Shown here piece after piece: positions 21,005 through 30,807 of a DNA stretch of 64,000 nt (within the stretch, counting starts at the first letter, position 1; every line of letters starts with the position of its first letter). This DNA is from Vulcanimicrobiota bacterium (GTDB taxonomy: Bacteria > Vulcanimicrobiota > Vulcanimicrobiia > Vulcanimicrobiales > Vulcanimicrobiaceae), in contig CAVTCS010000003.1 of the NCBI GenBank assembly GCA_963733295.1, forward strand, positions 2,112,001 through 2,176,000. The letters run 5' to 3'. A program made the position numbers and the translations under genes. The notes beneath the pieces were generated by a model. That model worked only from the letters and a program-made list of their open reading frames with translations. It had not been told where the DNA came from and searched no databases.

Positions 21005-21013
21005 CTAGTGACA

Positions 21014-21796
21014 CTAGATCACGCGGAGCAGGTAACCCACAAACACGCTGATGTTGGTTGAGTCCCCCGGGGCATTGACCATCTGCTGCAAAACGTCCGC
21101 GGTTACGCCGTAACGCAGAAACCCATTGCTTCGCCCGATTCGCGTCAGGGCGCCCCCCGAAAACGTCTCGAGTTGGTAGTTCACGGGATAGCGGTGATGA
21201 TCGATAATGACTCCGCCGCGAGATTCGTCCACGACCTTCGGGTAGTACGCGAGCCGGCCGAAGAGCGTGAAACGGCGGCGATAGTCGGGAGTTCTTTCGA
21301 GCGCGATCCCAAGGCCGATAAGATTGTAGAAGCTCGACGAGCCTCGGAACCACTGCGAGGCTTCAAGATAGTAACCCGGCCCAAGGCCTACGCCAAGCCA
21401 TTGCTGATTGTGATACTCCAAAATGTTCTGCGCACCGACGAAGTGACTCCCTGGTTGCGCGATATTCGACACGTAGCCGGCGGGATGCGGATACGCGAGT
21501 TCCGTCAAGGATTGATCGAAGATGACCGGGTGCCGATAGACTCGGAACGTCGCCTCGATATTGAGGAGCGGTTCGGGAACCGTGCTCCAACCATAGGCAA
21601 ACTCATTTGAGACAAACGAAATCGGCAAAACGTTGACGTCGAGCGTAGTCGCCATCGGCGGCCCGTCGTCAGCGACCGCGCCGGCGCCACTAACGCCGAA
21701 GATGAGAATGCAAAAGAACAGCCGCGTCAAGACTTGGAGCGTCGGGGCCCTCCTTCGCGGAGCTAAGGCACCCCAGCTAGCTGTTTGACCTTGCAC
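21014..21796 (-). CDS. Hypothetical exported protein, possible outer-membrane beta-barrel
   Basis: Signal-like segment and alternating aromatic/hydrophobic strands. Confidence 0.55.
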   Translation of the reverse strand: MQGQTASWGALAPRRRAPTLQVLTRLFFCILIFGVSGAGAVADDGPPMATTLDVNVLPISFVSNEFAYGWSTVPEPLLNIEATFRVYRHPVIFDQSLTELAYPHPAGYVSNIAQPGSHFVGAQNILEYHNQQWLGVGLGPGYYLEASQWFRGSSSFYNLIGLGIALERTPDYRRRFTLFGRLAYYPKVVDESRGGVIIDHHRYPVNYQLETFSGGALTRIGRSNGFLRYGVTADVLQQMVNAPGDSTNISVFVGYLLRVI

Positions 21797-21939
21797 TCGG
21801 CGGCCAGATTCGACATACTTCCGACCTTGACCATCCTGGACTAGCCGGGAAACCGGCGCTTCAGGCTTTCGGGTAGGGAGACGTCAATCCGGAATCTAAC
21901 GGCTCACGTCCTCACGACGTGAAAGGACGAGCGAACACG

Positions 21940-22341
21940 ATGATGACGCAGACCGAAACGGAGAACATCGCACGTGTCAAGCGCGGCTTTGAAGCATTCG
22001 CTGCCGGTGACATGGCGACCCTGACCGACCTCTTCGAGCCGCACGTGCACTGGCACGCCGAGAAAACGGGAGTTCTCGAGGGAGAATACAAAGGCCGCGA
22101 CGCGCTCTTCGGTTCGTTCGCTCAGCTCGGGCAAGAAACCGGCGGAACCTTCAGCGCCAAGCCGCGCACTTTCGCAGCGGCTGGTGACGAAGTGTTCGTG
22201 AACATTGTGGCGAGCGGCAAACGAAAAGGGCGCGACTTAGAACAAGACGAGGTCCTGATCTTCACACTCAAAGACGGGCACGTCCACAAAGTTCGCTTGT
22301 TCGTGCGCGACCACGCCGGGGCCGAACGCTTCTGGTCCTGA
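21940..22341 (+). CDS. SnoaL-like/NTF2-family protein
   Basis: RGFEAFAAGD, GEYKGRDA, IFTLKDG pattern. Confidence 0.85.
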   Translation: MMTQTETENIARVKRGFEAFAAGDMATLTDLFEPHVHWHAEKTGVLEGEYKGRDALFGSFAQLGQETGGTFSAKPRTFAAAGDEVFVNIVASGKRKGRDLEQDEVLIFTLKDGHVHKVRLFVRDHAGAERFWS

Positions 22342-22346
22342 GTCGG

Positions 22347-23297
22347 TTACTTTCGCGGACCTTTCGACCCAGACTTCGGAGCAGAGTTCGACGGCGGCTC
22401 GATCGCTATTGCGTCGTTGGAATAGGCGCGCAGGTACTGGAACGAGACGAATCCGTAGCCTTTATTGCCGAAGCTTGGGCCAAAGCTGTTGCGGAAGATG
22501 AAATATCCGCCGCCCGGAAACTCTGACGACTGCTTGAAGCCGACCAGATCGATCGAATGGCCGTCGAACATCGGGTTCTTCGACGGGTCGGAATTCTTGT
22601 TCGCGCTGCGTGGATAGTCTTTGAGCAACGGGATGCCGTGGACTGTTACCGTGGCGAAGTTCGTCAGCCACCAGATTCCGGTCGCCACCGGGCGTCCCGA
22701 ACGCAGCACCGAGACTACGCGACTCAACTCGGCGGGCGTCATACCCTTCGTGTCGTTCCAAACCTTAAGGATCGCGAACGGATACCGAACCGGGAACATC
22801 TTTTTGGCGGCAGCAGTCGTCGCTGCGCTAGGCGTGTCCGGGTGCGCGGGATTGTAGGTCGCCTTGTACGGCATCTCTCTCGACGTCGCGATGGCCCAAG
22901 TCCGGAAGCCCGGAATGAACTTGGTGAAAAAGCCGCCGTCGGCATCTTCGCCGGTCACCTTGTTGCCGGCCCAATTGAGATACTCTTCGGATAAATGCAG
23001 ACCGGGCGGCGTCCCTTTGGTGCCGGCTTTCTTGTATTCGATCAGGAAGGTCGTGGCGAAAACCGTGCACGTGCCGCGGTTCCCCTGATCGCGTATCGCG
23101 AGTCCGCGCTTTCTGATTTCCGGCCGCAGATCGACTTCCGGCTGGTAACCGCCAATAAACTGTTCCGCGAAGGCCTGATGCACGGGTGCGGCGGGACGGA
23201 AGTTGACCGTGACCTGCAGCTGCTGCGAGTCGGCGGAAGCGACCAGCGCTAGCGCCAACGAAAATGAAACGAGGGTCAATCCGGCTGAGCGAATCAT
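22347..23297 (-). CDS. Secreted papain-like (C1) cysteine peptidase
   Basis: DQGNRGTC, GHSIDLVG and FRNSFG catalytic motifs; signal peptide. Confidence 0.9.
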   Translation of the reverse strand: MIRSAGLTLVSFSLALALVASADSQQLQVTVNFRPAAPVHQAFAEQFIGGYQPEVDLRPEIRKRGLAIRDQGNRGTCTVFATTFLIEYKKAGTKGTPPGLHLSEEYLNWAGNKVTGEDADGGFFTKFIPGFRTWAIATSREMPYKATYNPAHPDTPSAATTAAAKKMFPVRYPFAILKVWNDTKGMTPAELSRVVSVLRSGRPVATGIWWLTNFATVTVHGIPLLKDYPRSANKNSDPSKNPMFDGHSIDLVGFKQSSEFPGGGYFIFRNSFGPSFGNKGYGFVSFQYLRAYSNDAIAIEPPSNSAPKSGSKGPRK

Positions 23298-23388
23298 AGA
23301 CCACCCCGTGTCTCGGTGTGCCTCAATCATCGCACGCCGCGGACCCGAACCCCTCTTTTCAGCCGCTCAGCCGCGCTATCGAGGCTCG

Positions 23389-24348
23389 CTACGAAGGTGG
23401 TAAAGCAAAACCCCGTTTGACCGGGAAAAGCAATGACCACGTGAAGCGGAAGTTGCCGTAGGGCGCGTTCGTCGTCCGGACGACGTTCTGGAAATACTGC
23501 ACTCCAAGCTGCATCGGCTGATCGCCAAGCTTGAACGTCTTCGTTATCCCGGTCCCGATGGGAACCAGCCACTTGCCCTGCTGCGGCGTTGCAACCCAAT
23601 TCGCCGTGATACCCGAGCTTCCGAGGAATAACGCCCACGCGCCCTTCAAGTTGTAGTTAAAGAACGGCTGGATAAAGAGCGTGCTGATCGGCGCCCGAGC
23701 CGGATCGCCACCGACCGACCACATCTGTGTCACGAGCGCACCCGTGACAATATTGCCCGGCATAATGAGGCCGACGAGCGCCGGTCCGGTGCCGTATCTC
23801 CCGGAGCCAAGTGATGCGGGCGTGCCCGTCGGGAAGAGAAACTGCGGACCGGCACCCCAGATCAGGGCGTTCGGCTTCGTCTTCGGTGCGATGAAAAACT
23901 GCGGGTTGAGGTCGCCGATGCCGAACGTGCTAGGGCAACCGAACGTCGACGCGCACACCGCGGGCGGCGCTGCGGACGGGCTGTTTATGATCGGCGTAAT
24001 CACGCGGGCGATCAAGTTGAGGTTCGGGTTCAGCATGATTGGAACGACAGGCTGGAGGTTGAGGTTGTATTGCAGCCGCTGATAGGGTCCCGTTCCGTAA
24101 TTGAAATTGTTCTGAAACGGAATGATCGCGATGTTGCCGACGGGGTTCTGCGAGGCTTTGATGATCGCCGCTTGGAGTGCAGCCTGCTGTTCCGGCGAGA
24201 ATGGTTGACCACCGGGGGCCGGCGGTGTTGCTTGCGCCGTCACGCTGGAAGCATCGAGCGGCGCGCTCTGTGCAAGCGCGAGCGACGGGCAAATGAAGAA
24301 AGCGACTGCGGCAACGCCCATCACCTTCGAGTACGCCAGTGAGTTCAT
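23389..24348 (-). CDS. Putative outer-membrane beta-barrel channel (family often mislabelled 'neuromedin U')
   Basis: Signal peptide; SQNPV..I..IPFQNN, LNLQPVVP, GIGD, WGAGP.FLFPT, QPFFNYN, C-terminal LLFP. Confidence 0.75.
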   Translation of the reverse strand: MNSLAYSKVMGVAAVAFFICPSLALAQSAPLDASSVTAQATPPAPGGQPFSPEQQAALQAAIIKASQNPVGNIAIIPFQNNFNYGTGPYQRLQYNLNLQPVVPIMLNPNLNLIARVITPIINSPSAAPPAVCASTFGCPSTFGIGDLNPQFFIAPKTKPNALIWGAGPQFLFPTGTPASLGSGRYGTGPALVGLIMPGNIVTGALVTQMWSVGGDPARAPISTLFIQPFFNYNLKGAWALFLGSSGITANWVATPQQGKWLVPIGTGITKTFKLGDQPMQLGVQYFQNVVRTTNAPYGNFRFTWSLLFPVKRGFALPPS

Positions 24349-24542
24349 CGTCAGCCTGCCCCCAAAACGAGTTCGGCAGAGGGTGAGCGAGCGCAAACCT
24401 ACCGCTTCATCAAGCACGTCGGCGCGCGATTATCTTCAAGCATGCGTCGAGAAGTCCTCGATTTGTAACGTCTCGTTGACTGGCTCTAGGTGTTTTGTTT
24501 GGCCGGCGCTCGGTTTGGACGGAACTCGTATCGCGGTAGCAG

Positions 24543-24704
24543 CTACCTAGACGATCTCCACGATCCGATTCGATTCAGTATATCCTGAAGGTTGTCATAC
24601 ACGGGGTTATTCTTTGTCCCATCATCGTGGTACTTATCCAGGCAGTATGGATATTGGCGTACATATCCACATGTGGGACAAACTTCACCCTTGAACTCCC
24701 GCAT
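24543..24704 (-). CDS. 53-aa putative zinc-binding microprotein (CxxC-x8-C-x4-H)
   Basis: Hand translation MREFKGEVCPTCGYVRQYPYCLDKYHDD...; below the ORF-track length cut-off; fills a low-GC gap. Confidence 0.55.
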   Translation of the reverse strand: MREFKGEVCPTCGYVRQYPYCLDKYHDDGTKNNPVYDNLQDILNRIGSWRSSR

Positions 24705-24836
24705 TGCCCGTTAGCCCCTAACTAGCTCGGACATAGAGCCTTTCTATAGTTATCGGCAAATTGGCGAGGGGTTTGACGAAGCTTTGGGGGCGCGGCTGCC
24801 GCTGCGGACAGCCGGCTGTTTGACGCGATGCGGGTT

Positions 24837-26408
24837 TCAGCGCTGCGTCGTATAGGCCGCTGTTGCCAGCGCTAGTAAGGATGCTCTCGATCTGACGTTC
24901 ACACATTTGAACACGGCCTTAACGTGATTGCGAACCGTGAACTCGCTTCGCCCGAGGCGTTCCGAAATTTGGCGCGCAGAAAGGCCGCGGATCAGGAGAT
25001 CGTATACCGTTCGCTGAGCCGGCGTCAGGTTCTCAACGCCGGGCAGCTCCTTCGTCCGCAGAGGTGGGGCGCCACCGACCAGCCAGCTTTGTGGATAAAC
25101 GCCTAAGAGATTCTTGGCTCGCTCGGTCCATTTCGCTTCGCCGGTCAAATCCGCCAGCGCCTGCGCCGCGCGGCCGGCGCGCCAGCGATACTGAACGGAA
25201 TCGTAGATCTTGTAGGCTTCTGAAATGAGCCGAATGGCTTCGGCGGTTTCACCTAAGCCACGTTGCACGGCGCCAAGCGAATACGCCTCGAGTGCGGCCA
25301 CGCGACGATCGTCGGCCGAAGCCAACAGGGGATCGAAGTGCTTCCCGATTTTCCGGTACTCCGCGATCTGAGCTAGCGCGAGCGGCCCATCGTCTTCGGC
25401 GAACAACTCCGCAAGAAGGCAAAGCGCAAAGCGTTCCTCGCCATCGAGCGAACGCCAATCCACCGTCGCCGCGAGTTCGCGTGCATCGTTGCGCTCCTGC
25501 TCGGCCCATCTGTTCTCGCCGAGGCAACGCGCGAGATAGGCTCGATCGCAAAGCGACATCACACGCCGAGCCGCGGTGGGAGCGATCAGCGCGGCTTCTT
25601 TCAAGCGACGAAACGCGTTGAAGTAGTCGCCTTCGAGTGCATGGCACCAACCGACGGCACGGAGTGCTGTGAATTGCGAATCGGCGAGATCTGCCGTCCA
25701 CGGAACCTTGGGAACCTCGGCGTAGGCGGCCTCGCGCAGCGCTGGACTGTGGAGTTCGCGCGCCAGATAGGAGATCTGGCTGACGACGTATGCCCAAAGG
25801 AGGACGCTCGGTTCCGCAAGTTTTCGAACGAAGTCGAGCGCCTCGAGCAGGATTGAAGCCTGCCGAGTCATATCGCCGCGGGACGCCGAGATAGCCCCTC
25901 TTAGGATGTAGCGTTGTAGTTGGACGCGCTCGGAGCAGTCTTGGGAATCCGTCTGACTCAAAATGCGTTCCGCTGTGTCGAGCTTGCGCTGCATCCACGC
26001 GCTCAGCGCCTGTTGGTACCGAACTTCACTCGAAAGAACGGGATCTCCGACGGACAAGGATTGCGCAGTTCTGAGGTGCGTCGCAGCGGACGCGTGGTCT
26101 TCTAATCGAGCATATGCTGCGCCGCGCAGGAGCGTCGCCTCGGCGCGAAGTGCTTTACTCGTGAAGTCTTCCCGGTGGTCGGTCAGGTACACCAGGGTGC
26201 GGGCCGGTTCGCGCACCAGGAAGACGCGGGCCCGCAACATTGCGCCGGCGGCGTCGAGCGCACCGGATGACTCCGCTCTCGCGAGCGCGGCTTCGGCCTC
26301 CGAAAAACGAGCCGCGCGGTGCAGCTCGCGTGCGTCCGCCGCAGCGACCGAACGTTTGGAAAGTGAAGGCCGTCCACGTCGCAAGCACTTTGCTGGGAAA
26401 TCTTTCAT
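24837..26408 (-). CDS. TPR-like helical-repeat protein with C-terminal LuxR helix-turn-helix
   Basis: LTPAQRTVYDLLIRGLSARQISERLGRSEFTVRNHVKAVF. Confidence 0.85.
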   Translation of the reverse strand: MKDFPAKCLRRGRPSLSKRSVAAADARELHRAARFSEAEAALARAESSGALDAAGAMLRARVFLVREPARTLVYLTDHREDFTSKALRAEATLLRGAAYARLEDHASAATHLRTAQSLSVGDPVLSSEVRYQQALSAWMQRKLDTAERILSQTDSQDCSERVQLQRYILRGAISASRGDMTRQASILLEALDFVRKLAEPSVLLWAYVVSQISYLARELHSPALREAAYAEVPKVPWTADLADSQFTALRAVGWCHALEGDYFNAFRRLKEAALIAPTAARRVMSLCDRAYLARCLGENRWAEQERNDARELAATVDWRSLDGEERFALCLLAELFAEDDGPLALAQIAEYRKIGKHFDPLLASADDRRVAALEAYSLGAVQRGLGETAEAIRLISEAYKIYDSVQYRWRAGRAAQALADLTGEAKWTERAKNLLGVYPQSWLVGGAPPLRTKELPGVENLTPAQRTVYDLLIRGLSARQISERLGRSEFTVRNHVKAVFKCVNVRSRASLLALATAAYTTQR

Positions 26409-26480
26409 AGCCTTCCCAGACCAGCATTATAGCTGAAAAGGGCTAGCAAGGTGTCCGTTGAAGGTCCGCCTGCAGTGAGC

Positions 26481-26972
26481 ATGACTGCGAAACGGCTGGC
26501 GATCCTGATGCTTGCGCTCGCGTTACCGGCGATCGCACTCGGGTGCGCCGTAGAGGAGTCACACGGGGGGGCCGCGCCCGGCGGCGATTGCACGTACGAC
26601 TATCCTGCAGTCGAGTTACTGTATCCGATTCCGGGGGCAACCGGCGTGCCGCCGAACATCGGCGTTCTCGTTTATCAGGGCACGTACCAAGGGACACCAC
26701 TTGCGCAGTCGACGAGTCCTGCGAACGTTCCAATCGCGCTCGGCGTCACCGCGCCGCCTTCGATCGGCACGCCGCCGACTTCAGTACCGTCTCCATTTCC
26801 GAGCCCCGCCGCTACGCCTTATGGCCCGTCGGGCGGCTCAGCGTACGCGGTGGCGCTTCCAACGCTTAGTCCGAACACAACATACCAAGTTTTCGCTACG
26901 CAGAACGTCGGCGGCTGCATTGAGCCCGGGCAAACGGTGCAATCGCATATTGGAAGTTTCACGACTCAGTAG
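26481..26972 (+). CDS. Pro-rich lipoprotein, Ig/FN3-like
   Basis: Lipobox-like ALGC; LYPIPGATGVP, LSPNTTY, GSFTTQ. Confidence 0.7.
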   Translation: MTAKRLAILMLALALPAIALGCAVEESHGGAAPGGDCTYDYPAVELLYPIPGATGVPPNIGVLVYQGTYQGTPLAQSTSPANVPIALGVTAPPSIGTPPTSVPSPFPSPAATPYGPSGGSAYAVALPTLSPNTTYQVFATQNVGGCIEPGQTVQSHIGSFTTQ

Positions 26973-26990
26973 AAAGGCAAGGTCACTCTC

Positions 26991-27398
26991 GTGTTTCAAT
27001 TGCAAAGGCCCTTCTTTTCGCGGCTCTTACGGGTTGCCGGCCTTGCAGGCGCGCTCGCGGTTCTTGGCGCTGCGCGACCCGCGCTCGCGGACGGTCCCGT
27101 CGGCCTCATCGCCGGCGGCGCGTTCCCGCAGGGGGGCGCCACCTTTGGTCAGCCGGTCGGGCAAACGCAATGGAACCTCGGGGCTAGTTACGACGTCGGC
27201 CCAAAGTTCGGCCCGTTTCGCGGTTCGCTTTCATTCGATTACGCGAACGGCCCGACGGATGGACAGAGCCTCAACGACTGCGGCAACGAAGATCTCGATG
27301 AGGCGGCGTTGGCTGCCGCGCGAGCATCAACGTACAGTCCCGCCGGCGCAAACTGCCGATCGAGCTATACCTTTCAGGCCGGATTCACGGCACAGTAA
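26991..27398 (+). CDS. Exported hypothetical protein, possibly a truncated barrel
   Basis: AGAAAGG RBS, signal peptide ending ALA. Confidence 0.5.
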   Translation: MFQLQRPFFSRLLRVAGLAGALAVLGAARPALADGPVGLIAGGAFPQGGATFGQPVGQTQWNLGASYDVGPKFGPFRGSLSFDYANGPTDGQSLNDCGNEDLDEAALAAARASTYSPAGANCRSSYTFQAGFTAQ

Positions 27399-27427
27399 GC
27401 GGCGTCGGCTCAGCGAAGTACGCTGCC

Positions 27428-27880
27428 GTGCGGGTTTCGTTGGACGGCATATGCGTGGCCGTCGCCGTCGCGGCGTTATTGGTGCTTCCGTTCGTCGGTT
27501 TTCGGGCGTTCTTCAATCGGACTTACGTGCGCTTCGTCGCGGTCGTCGTCGTGGCTATGATCGTGGTCTCGAACGGCGCCCCGCTTCTCGCGATCCCGGG
27601 TGTGGATGCGGCTTCGGGTTCAGCGATCATTGCCGTGACGGCGCTCCTCTACGCGTTGGCTCGGTCCTTCGCGATGCTTCCAGCCAGGCGGCGGTGGCTC
27701 GCCGAAGCCGCGGTCGATCCGCTCGTCCTTGCGGCGCCGTTCGAGGGACGCTGGCGCGCCGTCGTCGGCGGACCCGATCCGGGAGCTTTGGAGTCGCAGT
27801 TGTCGCAGCGGGCAACCCGTCTTCACTGCCTTTGCGGCAACTCGTTAGCGCTTCGCGGAAGCAGCGCCCCAATATGGTAG
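27428..27880 (+). pseudogene. Membrane protein fragment, possibly the N-terminus of an M23 peptidase-like protein
   Basis: Three TM helices then LAAPFEGRWRAVVGGP, after which the frame degrades. Confidence 0.4.
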
Positions 27881-28041
27881 CCTCGGCAAGACAGCCGCCT
27901 CAGCCGTCTACCGGGATCGTCCGACCGTGGCGTGAATTCCGCATAAACCCGGTTCGTGGCTCGGCACGTAAGGGCGGTGCGCTTTGTCATGAAGAGCGGT
28001 CGTATCATCAAGAACACACCAGTAGCGCCGGAGGGTCGACA

Positions 28042-29538
28042 GTGAGGGATCGGGTCGCCCTCACGCTTGCGGCTGCGACTGCCGCGGTGCATCTCGCGTT
28101 CGCCGACCGGTACGATCTCTTTCGCGACGAGCTCTACTTCATCGTATGCGGGCGGCACCCGTCGTTCGGGTACGCCGATCAGCCGCCGCTCGTGCCACTG
28201 CTCGCGGCAGGATCGTATGCGCTCGGTGCTCACACCTGGGTCGTGCGGCTGGGCGCGGTCGTCGCGGCGGCGGCGCTCGTGTGGGTCGTCGTCGCATTCG
28301 TGCGGCTTCTCGGCGGCGGCGACGCGGCAGCGTGGATCGGCGGCCTCGCGGCCGCGATCGCTCCGATGATGATCGGCCTGACGGCGGTCCTCTCAACGAC
28401 GACGTTCGAGCCGCTCGCTTGGACGCTCGTCGCTTACGGGCTTGCCCGCGCAGTGCTCGTAAACGATACGCGCGCGCTTCTCTGGAGCGGGCTGGTCGCG
28501 GGCCTTGCAATGGAGGTGAAGTACGCCCTTCCGCTATGGCTCGTCGCGCTCGCGCTCGGACTTGCGGCGACTCCGCAGCGTACGCTTCTGCGACGCAGCA
28601 ACCTGTGGCTCGGCGTTGGGCTAGCGGCCGTCATTGCGGTGCCGTCGGTCGTTTGGCAGGGGCTGCACGGATGGCCGTTCGTTGAACTCGTCCACAATGC
28701 CGGTCTGAAAGACGTTGCGACGCCACCGCTCGTTTTCGCGGTCAATCAGATCTTTGTGCTCAATCCGGTGCTCGCGCCGCTCTGGATCGGGGGTCTCGTG
28801 GCGCCGTTCGCGTTGCGCGAACTGCGTCCACTGCGTTTCGTGTCAATCGCGTGGGTTCTCACGGCGCTGGCGATTGTCGCCGGGCACGGTAAGGATTATT
28901 ATCTCGCGCCCGCGTACCCGTCGCTCTTCGCGCTCGGCGCGGTGGCATACGAGCGCGTGGTCCGCAACATCGTCGTGCGCATCGCCTACCCCGTGGCCGC
29001 GCTGTTACTGTCGGCCATCATCGCGCCCCTCGCGCTTCCGATCCTGCCCCCGTCGATGCTGGCCGCTTACCAGCGCGCGCTGCACCTCGCCCCGCAACAG
29101 CAAGAACGCGGCGACGCGGCGGACGTGCTTCCTTCGTTGTTCGCCGACATGCTCGGCTGGCACGATTTCGTGCGCGAAGTCGGTGGCGCCTACGACGCCC
29201 TTCCGGCCGCGGAGCGATCGCGTACGTCGATTGTCGTCGACAATTACGGTGAGGCAGCGGCGCTCGACGTCTACGGTTTTGCGGACGATCTGCCGCCGGC
29301 GCTGAGCGGCCATAACCAGTACTTCTTCTGGGGACTCCGTGGCCAGCATCCGGTAGATTTGCTGACCGTTCAGACCGACGTCGCGCAATTGCGACCGTAT
29401 TGCGACCGGGTCGACGTCTTGGGTGAGACGCGGTCCCGCTATGCCCGTGACTTCGAAAACGGCCGAGCAATTGCACTCTGCATCGGCGTACATCCACCGC
29501 TCGCAACACTCTGGCCGCGGCTGAAGCGTTTCATCTAG
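28042..29538 (+). CDS. GT-C glycosyltransferase (GT39/ArnT-like)
   Basis: GTG after GGAGG; LFRDELYF, GYADQPPL, KDYYL, NYGEA, SGHNQY; many TM helices. Confidence 0.88.
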   Translation: MRDRVALTLAAATAAVHLAFADRYDLFRDELYFIVCGRHPSFGYADQPPLVPLLAAGSYALGAHTWVVRLGAVVAAAALVWVVVAFVRLLGGGDAAAWIGGLAAAIAPMMIGLTAVLSTTTFEPLAWTLVAYGLARAVLVNDTRALLWSGLVAGLAMEVKYALPLWLVALALGLAATPQRTLLRRSNLWLGVGLAAVIAVPSVVWQGLHGWPFVELVHNAGLKDVATPPLVFAVNQIFVLNPVLAPLWIGGLVAPFALRELRPLRFVSIAWVLTALAIVAGHGKDYYLAPAYPSLFALGAVAYERVVRNIVVRIAYPVAALLLSAIIAPLALPILPPSMLAAYQRALHLAPQQQERGDAADVLPSLFADMLGWHDFVREVGGAYDALPAAERSRTSIVVDNYGEAAALDVYGFADDLPPALSGHNQYFFWGLRGQHPVDLLTVQTDVAQLRPYCDRVDVLGETRSRYARDFENGRAIALCIGVHPPLATLWPRLKRFI

Positions 29539-29607
29539 TTTGTGGATGCTCTGCAAGTGCGACGCGCTTCACTACTCTTGGCTTGCAATTTGAGAAGAAG
29601 CTATGCG

Positions 29608-30807
29608 ATGCTTGGCGGAGCTAGCTTTCGAGGTCTTACGCCGTTGCGATCTCGCACTATTCTCGGAGTTTTCGCCGTCCTTGCTTCGTTGACAGCGATC
29701 GTTGCTTGTAGCGGCGGTGGCGGGTCGCCGGCCCCTCGCAGCTCGGCCCTGGCGACTGCAATGCCGACGCCGACGGCCACCGCGACGCCGACGGCCGTAG
29801 GCACGCCGGGCATCAACGGATTGCACGTGGTCGGAAACAGGATCGTGAACGCTGCGGGACAGCAAGTCATCCTGCATGGCGTGGACCGTTCGGGCACTGA
29901 ATACGCCTGCGTTCAAGACTTTGGAATCTTCGATGGTCCGAGCGACCAAACGTCGGTCGCGGCGATAGCCGCCTGGCACACCAACGCGGTACGCGTCCCA
30001 CTCAATGAAGATTGCTGGCTAGGAATCAACGGCGTTGCAGCATCGTACGCCGGTGCGAACTATCAATCTGCGATCGTAAACTTCGTCAATCTGCTTAACG
30101 CAAATAGTCTCATCGCAATCCTGGACCTGCATTGGAACGCCCCCGGAACGCAACTCGCGACCGGTCAGGAACCGATGGCTGACGCCGACCATTCGCCCGC
30201 ATTCTGGACTTCCGTGGCGACGACGTTCAAGAACAATGGATCGGTGATCTTCGACCTCTACAACGAGCCGAACTCGATCAGTTGGGCGTGTTGGGTAAAC
30301 GGCGGAACCGCGAGCGTTTGCGGAACGTCGTTCGATATTGCCGGAATGAATTCGCTGATCGGAGCAGTGCGCTCGACCGGATCTACCAACGTCGTGATGG
30401 CCGGCGGCCTCGCCTATTCAAACGACCTTTCGCAGTGGCTAGAAAACAAGCCGACAGATCCCGCCGGCTCTCTTGCGGCGAGTTGGCACGTGTACAACTT
30501 CAATACGTGTAGCTCGACGAGCTGCTACGACAGCACCGCGGCTGTCGTGGCCGAGAGCGTGCCGATCATCGCGGGTGAAATCGGTGAGAACGATTGCGCG
30601 CACGACTTCATCGATCCACTGATGGCCTGGCTCGACGCACATCAGACCGGCTATCTCGGGTGGGCTTGGAACACGGACTTCAATTGTAGCAGCGGTCCCG
30701 GACTCATCACCAATTACGACGGCACGCCAACCGCGTACGGCGTAGGCCTCGAAGGTCACCTAGCGACGCTTGCCTCGAGTTCCGCGAGAGCCATCCCGCG
30801 CCGCTGA
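29608..30807 (+). CDS. GH5 endoglucanase-like lipoprotein
   Basis: Lipobox IVAC, Thr/Pro linker; VRVPLN, LDLH, FDLYNEP, HVY and GEIG catalytic motifs. Confidence 0.9.
   Translation: MLGGASFRGLTPLRSRTILGVFAVLASLTAIVACSGGGGSPAPRSSALATAMPTPTATATPTAVGTPGINGLHVVGNRIVNAAGQQVILHGVDRSGTEYACVQDFGIFDGPSDQTSVAAIAAWHTNAVRVPLNEDCWLGINGVAASYAGANYQSAIVNFVNLLNANSLIAILDLHWNAPGTQLATGQEPMADADHSPAFWTSVATTFKNNGSVIFDLYNEPNSISWACWVNGGTASVCGTSFDIAGMNSLIGAVRSTGSTNVVMAGGLAYSNDLSQWLENKPTDPAGSLAASWHVYNFNTCSSTSCYDSTAAVVAESVPIIAGEIGENDCAHDFIDPLMAWLDAHQTGYLGWAWNTDFNCSSGPGLITNYDGTPTAYGVGLEGHLATLASSSARAIPRR

Noticed and set aside
21846..21873. Additional copy of the palindromic site (GAAAGCCTGAAGCGCCGGTTTCC on the minus strand)
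   Set aside because: Spacer about 3 bp short and no flanking module; could be chance.
26701..28041. N-terminal 447 aa of the 945-aa ORF as a giant fusion
   Set aside because: Arg-rich off-frame read-through overlapping other genes; the glycosyltransferase has its own RBS and GTG at 28042.
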